From positions 132,195-196,194 of the forward strand of contig JBMNFI010000001.1 of NCBI GenBank assembly GCA_050949225.1: a DNA stretch of 64,000 bases. Reading direction: 5' to 3'. The notes below the pieces were generated by a model. It was not told the DNA's origin. It searched no databases and saw only the letters and a program-made list of their open reading frames with translations. Source of the DNA: Bacillota bacterium. GTDB lineage: Bacteria > Bacillota > Dehalobacteriia > UBA4068. Of the stretch, positions 48,095-55,723 are shown piece by piece (the stretch's first letter is position 1; each line of letters opens with the position of its first letter). A program made the translations under genes and the position numbers.

Positions 48095-48125
48095 TACAAA
48101 TATAAAATTTATTTTATATTTGTAT
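48094..48125. repeat. Perfect AT-rich palindrome ATACAAATATAAAAT-tt-ATTTTATATTTGTAT
   Basis: 15-bp inverted repeat arms separated by 2 nt. Starts at the tlyA stop and abuts the -35 of the nadK promoter. Confidence 0.6.
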
Positions 48126-48127
48126 AG

Positions 48128-48156
48128 TTGCATATTTTTATAAAATATGGTATATT
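48128..48156 (+). promoter_or_regulatory. Sigma-A promoter for nadK (TTGCAT-17-TATATT)
   Basis: Near-consensus hexamers about 40 nt upstream of nadK. Confidence 0.5.
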
Positions 48157-48197
48157 ACTTCCATGTAATGTAAATATTATTAAGTTAGGAAATTTTC

Positions 48198-49043
48198 ATG
48201 GCTAATTTTTTTACAGTAATAGTTAATCATAAAAAGCAACAAAATATTTTGTATGCAGAAAAAATAGTTGCTTATTTAAAAAAAAGGGGTGCTGAATTAC
48301 TCCTCCCTGATAATGCCTCCGGCTATAATCTTGATAATTGTCAAAATATCGATTTTTCGGGTATCAGTGCTGCTATTGTTCTGGGCGGTGATGGGACTAT
48401 TCTGGCGGCCTCTAAAATTTTCAGCAAATTTTCCATACCGATGGTAGGCATTAATATGGGCAATTTGGGCTTTTTATCGGCTGTAGAAAAAGCGGATATT
48501 TATCCGGCTTTAGATAAATTATTGGCCGGCGATTATTTTTCAGAAGATCGCATGATGCTTACGGGAAAAGTTAAAAAAACTGATGGCGGCGAAATAGAGC
48601 TACTTGCTTTAAATGAGCTGGTCGTAAATAATAGCTTTTATACCAGAACTATTGCTCTTGATTTATTGATTAATGATAATAAAATCAGGTCCTGTAACTC
48701 AGATGGTATAATTGTGGCTACGCCTACCGGTTCTACCGCTTATTCCTTTTCGGCCGGCGGTCCTTTAGTTGATCCCGCTTTAAAAGTCATTTTAGTTAAT
48801 TTTATTTGTCCGCATAGTTTTTTAAATCGTCCCATGGTTGTTGCGGACAACAGTATCGTTAAAATAACTTTATCCGGTGTTGATTTGGAAGGAGCTAAAT
48901 TAACGGCGGATGGTCAAGCCTCTTATGTTTTAAAAAAAGGGGATGCGATTACGATACAAAAGGCCCTCTATACTAGTAAATTAATACGTTTTGCTCCCGT
49001 TAATTTTTTTAATCGGGTTAGTGATAAGTTGAATAAACAGTAA
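48198..49043 (+). CDS. nadK: NAD kinase
   Basis: GGDGT motif and NELVV motif. 281 aa. Confidence 0.9.
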   Translation: MANFFTVIVNHKKQQNILYAEKIVAYLKKRGAELLLPDNASGYNLDNCQNIDFSGISAAIVLGGDGTILAASKIFSKFSIPMVGINMGNLGFLSAVEKADIYPALDKLLAGDYFSEDRMMLTGKVKKTDGGEIELLALNELVVNNSFYTRTIALDLLINDNKIRSCNSDGIIVATPTGSTAYSFSAGGPLVDPALKVILVNFICPHSFLNRPMVVADNSIVKITLSGVDLEGAKLTADGQASYVLKKGDAITIQKALYTSKLIRFAPVNFFNRVSDKLNKQ

Positions 49044-49070
49044 AGAAGACCGTTAGTTTGACAAAAAGGA

Positions 49071-49535
49071 GTGTGCAAGATGATAAAAAATCGCAGGCAT
49101 AAAATGATTCGTGAAATCGTTGAAAACAAAAATATTGAGACTCAATTTCAGTTAACTGATGAATTGAAAAAGTATGGTTTTAATGTCACGCAGGCGACTA
49201 TTTCTCGTGATATTAAGGAATTAGGCTTGATCAAAGTGGCCTCCGGGGAAGACTTTTTCCGTTATAGTTTCCCTCCCGGCAGCATGACCGGCAATATTTT
49301 TGAAAGAGCGAAAAAAATGCTTAGGGATAACATGTTGCGCATAAATAAAAGCAATAATCTAATAATTATGCGTACCTTGCCGGGTACCGCACAAGGTGTG
49401 GCTTTTTGTATTGATAGTTTAACCTGGAAAGAGGTTCTGGGAACGATTGCCGGTGATGATACCATTATGGTGATCGTCAAGGAAAGTGAAGATATTCAAG
49501 AAGTAATTGATCGTTTACAGTCTTTAGCGCAGTAA
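49071..49535 (+). CDS. argR: Arginine repressor
   Basis: N-terminal winged helix (QATISRDIKELGLIK) and C-terminal oligomerisation domain (GTIAGDDTIMV). About 150 aa. Confidence 0.85.
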   Translation: MCKMIKNRRHKMIREIVENKNIETQFQLTDELKKYGFNVTQATISRDIKELGLIKVASGEDFFRYSFPPGSMTGNIFERAKKMLRDNMLRINKSNNLIIMRTLPGTAQGVAFCIDSLTWKEVLGTIAGDDTIMVIVKESEDIQEVIDRLQSLAQ

Positions 49536-49557
49536 CCTTTGAATAAGAGGCTAGATT

Positions 49558-51222
49558 ATGTTGCAAGAAATATATGTAGAAAATTTTACATTAATGAAAT
49601 CCCTGCATTTACCATTAAGTCAGGGATTTAATGCTTTATCAGGAGAGACGGGTGCCGGTAAATCACTATTAATTGATGCGATTTCTTTAATTATTGGTGG
49701 ACGGGGCAGTGAAGACTTTATCCGTAGCGGACAAAAAAGGTGCTTAGTGGAAGGGGTTTTTACGGCACCTTTCCCGGAACAGTTGCAGGATTTATTGACG
49801 GAAAAAGGTCATGAAATTGGCTCGGATGACTTAGTTTTGACAAGAGAGCTTAATCGCTCCGGCAAAAGTGTTGCGCGAATTAATGGCCGTGTGGTTAATC
49901 TATCCTTTTTACGTACAATAGGAAGGATGCTGGTCAATATTCACGGACAAATGGAGCATATGCTGATACTGGAAGAAGAACATCAGTTACAGCTTTTAGA
50001 CAGCTTTGGCGGCCGGCAGCTTTTGGCTGTGAAAAAACAACTGGCGGATTGCTATCATAGTTATCAAAAGTGGCAAAAAAAACTGCAGGACTATGAAAAG
50101 CGTCAACAAGAGGCGCTGCAAAAGGTGGATTTTCTTTCGTATCAGATAAAAGAAATTGAAGAGGCGCGGCTAAGTCCCGGGGAAGAGGAAACGCTCACCA
50201 AAAAACTACTGCAGCTGACTTATGCAGAAGAGCTGCAGGAGTCTGCTGCGCGGGGTTATGAATTTTTAAATGGCCAGCAACGGGCCTTGGAATATCTGGC
50301 CGAAACGCAGCAAGAATTGAAAAATATTTATGAGCACGATGAAGATTTTCTGGAGATTTACGAAAGACTGTCCAATGCTTATTATGAAGTGGAAGATATC
50401 GCTCGGGAGTTAAATAGCTATGGGCAAAAGATCATTGTTGATCATCAGGCGCTGCTTGATACAGAAGAGCGTTTGACTTTAATCAAGGATTTAGAAAAAA
50501 AATATGGCACTGACATAGATGAAATTTTGCAATTTGCTCTTGATGCTCAACAAGAGTTGGAAAAATGGCAAAACTGGGAAGAGGATGGTAAAACAGCCGC
50601 ACAAGAGTTGGAAAAAGAACAAAACAAGTGTCTGGAGCTGGCGCAAAAATTAAGTAGTTTACGCAAGCTGGCGGCGGAAGAATTATCCCATGCTATTACC
50701 ACGGAGCTGCAGCTTTTATCGATGCCGCAGGCCATTTTTAAAGTGCAGTTAGTGCCGCAGGAAATCTCGGCTCAGGGATTGGAAAAAGTTACATTTATGA
50801 TTCAGGCCAACGTGGGAGAGAAGTTTAAATCGGTAGAAAAAACTGCTTCCGGCGGTGAACTTTCACGTATTATTTTGGCGATAAAGGTTATTTTGGCACA
50901 ATTAGATCAGGTGCCTACTTTGATTTTTGATGAAGTGGATAGTGGTCTGGGCGGCATGGCTTTGGAAAGAGTGACAGAGCGGATCAAAAAAATTGCTCAA
51001 TATGCCCAGGTTTTAACAATTACTCATGCCCCTTTGATGGCCGCTGCAGCTACGCATCATTTACATATTTACAAGGAAGTAAGTGCAGGTAAAACTATCA
51101 TTAAATGTGAAGTTTTAGATAAAAACAGAAGGATCCAAGAGCTAGCGCGTATGATTGCCGGGGAAAAAATAACCGACTCAACGATTAAGCAAGCTAAAGA
51201 ATGGATCGAGGGGAACGTATAG
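49558..51222 (+). CDS. recN: DNA repair protein RecN
   Basis: N-terminal Walker A GETGAGKS, long coiled-coil, C-terminal signature SGGELSRI plus Walker B LIFDEVDSG. 554 aa. Confidence 0.9.
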   Translation: MLQEIYVENFTLMKSLHLPLSQGFNALSGETGAGKSLLIDAISLIIGGRGSEDFIRSGQKRCLVEGVFTAPFPEQLQDLLTEKGHEIGSDDLVLTRELNRSGKSVARINGRVVNLSFLRTIGRMLVNIHGQMEHMLILEEEHQLQLLDSFGGRQLLAVKKQLADCYHSYQKWQKKLQDYEKRQQEALQKVDFLSYQIKEIEEARLSPGEEETLTKKLLQLTYAEELQESAARGYEFLNGQQRALEYLAETQQELKNIYEHDEDFLEIYERLSNAYYEVEDIARELNSYGQKIIVDHQALLDTEERLTLIKDLEKKYGTDIDEILQFALDAQQELEKWQNWEEDGKTAAQELEKEQNKCLELAQKLSSLRKLAAEELSHAITTELQLLSMPQAIFKVQLVPQEISAQGLEKVTFMIQANVGEKFKSVEKTASGGELSRIILAIKVILAQLDQVPTLIFDEVDSGLGGMALERVTERIKKIAQYAQVLTITHAPLMAAAATHHLHIYKEVSAGKTIIKCEVLDKNRRIQELARMIAGEKITDSTIKQAKEWIEGNV

Positions 51223-51457
51223 ACACAAAGGTTTAACTTTTATGGTGATGTCGATACACTAATTCTGATTGATGCCGTTTTTCTCAAACTCCTCCAGATT
51301 AGCTTGAGAAAAATGAAGAGCTGCTTTTAACTATAAATAGACTAACATTATTATTTTTTGTGCTTTTAAAAAAATATTACCTCTTTTTGTCTGGATATCT
51401 TACTGTTAAAAAACAAAACATAAGATAGCAGAAGTTAAGATATAAAAGGAGGTATAT

Positions 51458-52744
51458 ATGAAAAACAGGTACAAAAAAAATCAGCCTGTGGCTGTGGTTA
51501 TTTTAATTTTGATCACATTTTTAAGTGTTTTAAGTATTACTTGTTATGATTTTTTGTCATTGGCACCTTATCAACAGGTTTCAGTAGGGGAACAATCATT
51601 AGCGGAAAAAAGCAATGCCCCTTTAAAAACACAAATTTCTTCCAAAAAAGGCAGCCAGCAAGCTCTGGGAAATGATGCTACGGGACAAAAATCCTCAAGC
51701 AACCCGGAAGCTGGTGATAAATATGATGTAGAGTTGTTTTTAGGCGAGTCTATTCCTTTAAAAAAGGTGACAATTCAAGAAATAGATCCCGTTTATGTTA
51801 TCCCCGGAGGCCAAGCTGTAGGAGTATTGCTGCAGACTAATGGAGTGACCGTAGTAGGGCAGTCGCCGGTCATCAAGGAAAATGATGAGGCTTTATATCC
51901 CGCTAAAGAGGCCGGTCTGGAAATTGGTGATTTTATCACCTCTATTAACGGGACAAAAGTTAACTCTAATCAAGAAGTGGCTGATTTAATTAATGATGTG
52001 GGCACAAAAGGTGAAAAACTCACCATTAATTTAATACGTGATAAAAAAGAGCAGCAAATAATTATGACACCGGCTTTTTGCAGTGACAGTAAAAGTTATC
52101 GTATCGGTATTTATGTTAGGGATAATACTGCAGGTGTGGGAACCATGACCTTTTATGAGCCGCAAAGCGGCAAATATGGTGCTTTAGGGCATGAGGTCAG
52201 TGATTTAGATGGAAAAGGAACCACAGAGCATGACAAAGGAATTATCGTAAAAGCTACTATTCAAGGAATCAGAATGTCCACTAAGGATATTACAGGTGAA
52301 AAAATAGGTTCTTTTATGAAAGGTCCTTGGCGCGGCAGTATTGAAAAAAACTGTAAATTAGGCGTTTTTGGCAGACTTAAAGAAGGTTTAGAGAATCCCT
52401 TTTTCACACAGGCTTTACCGGTAGCCCTAGCAGATCAGGTTGAACTTGGTGATGCAGAAATATATACGGTCTTAGAAGGGGAAAAAATAGAAAAATTTTC
52501 TATAAAAATCGTCAAAATACTTCCTAATTACCGTTCCAGCGGCAAAGGTATGATAATTGAGGTTGCGGATCCTTCTTTACTACAGAGAACAGGCGGTATT
52601 ATACAGGGAATGAGCGGCAGTCCGATTATACAAAACGATCATTTGGTGGGTGCCGTAACTCATGTTTTTATTAATAAACCGCATAAAGGATATGCTTGTT
52701 TTGCTGAATGGATGCTTGAAGAAGCCGACCTTTTAACTCCTTAA
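51458..52744 (+). CDS. spoIVB: SpoIVB sporulation signalling serine peptidase (PDZ + S55 peptidase)
   Basis: Signal/TM anchor, PDZ domain (GDFITSINGTKV), C-terminal peptidase with GMSGSPI serine motif. Conserved position upstream of spo0A. Confidence 0.85.
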   Translation: MKNRYKKNQPVAVVILILITFLSVLSITCYDFLSLAPYQQVSVGEQSLAEKSNAPLKTQISSKKGSQQALGNDATGQKSSSNPEAGDKYDVELFLGESIPLKKVTIQEIDPVYVIPGGQAVGVLLQTNGVTVVGQSPVIKENDEALYPAKEAGLEIGDFITSINGTKVNSNQEVADLINDVGTKGEKLTINLIRDKKEQQIIMTPAFCSDSKSYRIGIYVRDNTAGVGTMTFYEPQSGKYGALGHEVSDLDGKGTTEHDKGIIVKATIQGIRMSTKDITGEKIGSFMKGPWRGSIEKNCKLGVFGRLKEGLENPFFTQALPVALADQVELGDAEIYTVLEGEKIEKFSIKIVKILPNYRSSGKGMIIEVADPSLLQRTGGIIQGMSGSPIIQNDHLVGAVTHVFINKPHKGYACFAEWMLEEADLLTP

Positions 52745-52759
52745 TTTATGCTGACAAAA

Positions 52760-52797
52760 TTCGACAAAAAACTCTGAAAAGAAAGCTTTTTGTCGAA
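52760..52797. promoter_or_regulatory. Pair of inverted Spo0A (0A) boxes: TTCGACA (52760-52766) and TGTCGAA (52791-52797)
   Basis: Exact matches to the 0A-box consensus TGTCGAA, in opposite orientation 24 nt apart, about 140 nt upstream of spo0A. Confidence 0.5.
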
Positions 52798-52933
52798 AAA
52801 TAGGGTTCTTTAGCTGCTTTTTTGTGCAGGAATATCTATAAAAGACAGCGAAAAACTTAAAACAAAGGAATTTATAGATAATTAAATTTCCAGTAAAGAA
52901 ATAACAAAAAAAATAAAAGAAGGTTGGCAAAAT

Positions 52934-53716
52934 ATGATGGAGAATAAGATTAGAATACTGTTAGCAGACGATAATAAGGGTTTTTGCAGCATTATGCAGG
53001 ATCATTTCACAAAAAATGCTTTATATGAAGTATGTGGCTGCGCCAATGATGGTAAAAATGCTCTTGCCATGATTGAAAACGAACATCCTGATGTAGTAAT
53101 TTTGGATTTAGTAATGCCATATATAGATGGCTTAGGAGTTTTGGAGGAAGTCAATAAACTTAATTTAGTTCCCAAACCCCATGTTATTTTACTGACAGCT
53201 TTTGGTCAGGAAAACTTGACCAAGCGAGCTGTAGAGTTAGGTGCAGACTATTATATTTTAAAACCCTTTGATCTGAAGGTTTTAGACATGAGAATTCGTC
53301 AATTATTCAGTGATGGTCCATTTGTTAATAATTCTGAAAGACATACTAACTTAGAAGAATGTAATATCGAACTTGAAGTTACTAAAGTCATTCATCAAAT
53401 GGGTGTACCTGCTCATATAAAAGGCTATCAGTATTTGCGAGATGCAATTATTTTGGTTGTTAATGATATTGGTCTTATTGGTGCAGTCACCAAAGAACTT
53501 TACCCCATGGTTGCTGAAAATCATGATACTACCGCCAGTCGCGTAGAACGGGCTATTCGTCACGCTGTGGAATTGGCTTGGGATCGGGGAAATGTCGACA
53601 TGATGAATAAATATTTTGGTTATACGATTAATATTGAACGAGGAAAACCGACTAATTCAGAATTCATAGCTATGATTGCCGACAAATTAAGATTAGGTGA
53701 ACGTGTTGCCTTATAA
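52934..53716 (+). CDS. spo0A: Sporulation master regulator Spo0A
   Basis: Receiver domain (ILLADDN, phospho-Asp in VVILDLVMP) and a C-terminal Spo0A-specific DNA-binding domain (HAIEVAW-like [15 protein letters not shown]). The start may instead be the second Met at 52937. Confidence 0.9.
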   Translation: MMENKIRILLADDNKGFCSIMQDHFTKNALYEVCGCANDGKNALAMIENEHPDVVILDLVMPYIDGLGVLEEVNKLNLVPKPHVILLTAFGQENLTKRAVELGADYYILKPFDLKVLDMRIRQLFSDGPFVNNSERHTNLEECNIELEVTKVIHQMGVPAHIKGYQYLRDAIILVVNDIGLIGAVTKELYPMVAENHDTTASRVERAIRHAVELAWDRGNVDMMNKYFGYTINIERGKPTNSEFIAMIADKLRLGERVAL

Positions 53717-53745
53717 TTATTACGTTGTATTTTCGTCCATTCAGA

Positions 53746-53768
53746 GCCCGGCTTTTAGGCCGGGTTTT
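53746..53768 (+). terminator. Intrinsic terminator after spo0A
   Basis: CCCGGC-TTTTAG-GCCGGG followed by TTTT. Confidence 0.7.
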
Positions 53769-54038
53769 AGCTTGTTTTAGATGTCTAATAACAAGTTAAG
53801 CACATGAGAAAACTTCAAAACCTGCAGCATATATACTGACAAGGCTCCATGGCTTGCTTTTATAATAAATATATGTTATATTTAATTCAGAACATCCAAG
53901 TTTTAAGGAATTTAACTATTACCTAACAGCGAGGATTTATATTAAACTTTTTCTTACGTTTTTGGGCTATTCCAAAAGGCGAGATATGGTTGATATATAC
54001 ACGGACTTTGCTCTGTGATTGGTAGTGATGCAATCATG

Positions 54039-54068
54039 TTCCTCTGCTAGGTGGGTAGAGGAATTTTT
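54039..54068 (+). terminator. Intrinsic terminator in the hyd-maturase 5' region (TTCCTCT-11 nt loop-AGAGGAA + TTTTT)
   Basis: Perfect 7-bp stem with a T5 tract, 65 nt upstream of the TM1266-like gene start. Confidence 0.55.
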
Positions 54069-54134
54069 AATATCCGGATTAGATATAAAAATTATCTCTT
54101 CTCAAGAGATTAATGAAGATTATAGGAGGTTATA

Positions 54135-54380
54135 ATGGAAACCAGATTAGCAATTATTAGTATTATCGTGGAAAATCGCATTAATGCAGAGTCGATTAAT
54201 GTGTTGCTACATAAGTATGAACAATATATTGTTGGACGTATGGGCATGCCTTATGAAAAAAAGGATTTGGCCATTATTTGTATCTTAATTGATGCACCGG
54301 AGGATATTATCAGTGGCGTCTCCGGGAAATTGGGCATGCTGCAGGGTGTTAGTGTTAAAACAACTTATTCAAAAAAATAA
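54135..54380 (+). CDS. TM1266-family small ACT-like regulator associated with [FeFe]-hydrogenase maturation (TIGR03959-like)
   Basis: 81 aa with pattern RLAIISIIVENR...GRMGMPYEKKDLAIICILIDAP...LSGKLGMLQGVSVK. Immediately upstream of hydE with strong RBS AGGAGG. Confidence 0.6.
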   Translation: METRLAIISIIVENRINAESINVLLHKYEQYIVGRMGMPYEKKDLAIICILIDAPEDIISGVSGKLGMLQGVSVKTTYSKK

Positions 54381-54385
54381 ATGAG

Positions 54386-55459
54386 GTGAGCGGCATGAAA
54401 AACAAAGCTTTACTGGATAAATTGCTGAAGCAAAAAACCTTAAAGCCAACGGAAATGTTAAGTCTTTTGACTGATTATGATCCGGAGGATCGTCTATATG
54501 CTGCCAGCTTAGCGCGGAAAGTAACTCGTCAGAATTTTACCAATCTCATTTATACGCGAGGCTTAATCGAGATGACTAACTATTGTAAAAACGACTGTCT
54601 TTATTGTGGTATTCGCGTGAGTAATAAAAAGATCAGCCGCTATCGTTTAACTAAGGATGATATTATGTCTTGTTGCGCTAAAGGTTATGAATTGGGTTTT
54701 CGTACTTTTGTTTTACAAGGTGGAGAAGATCCTTATTATTCTGATGAGCTTTTAACTGATATTGTGAAAACAATCAGACAAAAATATCAAAATTGTGCAA
54801 TTACTTTGTCTTTAGGGGAAAGATCTGCTGAAAGTTATCAAAAATTGTTTTCCGCCGGGGCTAACCGTTATTTGTTACGCCATGAAACGGCCAATAAGCA
54901 GCATTATCATCAATTACATGATGGTAAGTTATCATTTGACAAGCGTAGAGAATGCCTGCAAACACTGCGGGAGATTGGTTTTCAAACCGGTTGTGGTTTG
55001 ATGATCGGTTCACCATATCAGAGTAAAGAAGACTTGGTGGAGGATCTCTTTTTCATGGAAGCCTTTCGGCCGCACATGATCGGGGTCGGTCCTTTTATCC
55101 CTCATCATGATACACCGTTTAAGGACTTTCCGGCCGGCAGTGCTGAAGAAACCACTTATTTTATCAGCATTCTGCGCATGATGCATCCATATGCTTTAAT
55201 CCCCGCTACGACGGCACTGGGAACGATTAAAGAGGATGGCAGAGAAACGGGTATTTTATCCGGCTGTAATATAGTGATGCCGAATCTTTCGCCACTGAAT
55301 GTGCGCGAAAAATACATGCTTTATGATAACAAAATCAGCTCTGGTGCGGAAGCGGCCGAAAGTTTATCTCTCTTGTCCGAGCGGATGCAAAAAATTGGCT
55401 ATAAACTTGCTGTGGACAGGGGAGATTATACAGGCAAAACTATCGTAAATAGCGCTTAA
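54386..55459 (+). CDS. hydE: [FeFe]-hydrogenase H-cluster radical SAM maturase HydE (BioB-like fold)
   Basis: CKNDCLYCGIR Cx3Cx2C motif about 65 aa from the N-terminus. 357 aa, BioB/HydE-like length and layout. Call supported by the adjacent TM1266-type gene. Confidence 0.6.
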   Translation: MSGMKNKALLDKLLKQKTLKPTEMLSLLTDYDPEDRLYAASLARKVTRQNFTNLIYTRGLIEMTNYCKNDCLYCGIRVSNKKISRYRLTKDDIMSCCAKGYELGFRTFVLQGGEDPYYSDELLTDIVKTIRQKYQNCAITLSLGERSAESYQKLFSAGANRYLLRHETANKQHYHQLHDGKLSFDKRRECLQTLREIGFQTGCGLMIGSPYQSKEDLVEDLFFMEAFRPHMIGVGPFIPHHDTPFKDFPAGSAEETTYFISILRMMHPYALIPATTALGTIKEDGRETGILSGCNIVMPNLSPLNVREKYMLYDNKISSGAEAAESLSLLSERMQKIGYKLAVDRGDYTGKTIVNSA

Positions 55460-55561
55460 AGAATATTTTATGAGCAAAAAATAGGGGATTAACGTACTAT
55501 TTATGATAATTTTCAAATAACTTAAAAGATGCGAAAAATTGCCATTGAAAGATTTTGCTAC

Positions 55562-55590
55562 TTGATATAAAATAGAAGTGCTAGTATAAT
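55562..55590 (+). promoter_or_regulatory. Consensus sigma-A promoter (TTGATA-17-TATAAT) for the activase operon
   Basis: Near-perfect hexamers and spacing about 135 nt upstream of the 55724 start. Confidence 0.6.
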
Positions 55591-55626
55591 ACAAAAAGCG
55601 ACAAATTCCTAGAATTGTTTAGGACT

Positions 55627-55660
55627 TTGTGGTATGTTGTGGTATGTATAGTATGTATAC
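55627..55660 (+). repeat. Tandem direct repeat TTGTGGTATG x2 followed by TATAGTATGTATAC in the activase 5' leader
   Basis: Two adjacent exact 10-mers (55627-55636, 55637-55646), then a GTATAC-containing AT-rich palindromic stretch. Confidence 0.5.
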
Positions 55661-55723
55661 AAGCATATATTAAATTATGAAGTTTGAGTGATATTAAAAG
55701 CATAAAGGGGAATCCTTAATTAG

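Noticed and set aside
51278-51313. Inverted repeat TTTTTCTCAA-16 nt-TTGAGAAAAA after recN.
   Set aside because: The arms are mostly A/T runs with only a 5-bp CTCAA/TTGAG core and a 16-nt loop. It may be a weak bidirectional terminator, but it is too unstable to call confidently.
54075-54134. The palindrome ATCTCTT-CTC-AAGAGAT upstream of the TM1266-like gene resembles the start of a SAM-I riboswitch P1 (CTCTTATCAAGAGAGG).
   Set aside because: There is no room for an aptamer, since the start codon is 35 nt away, and there are no downstream GGTGGAGGGA or GCAACC elements. Probably a small hairpin or protein site.
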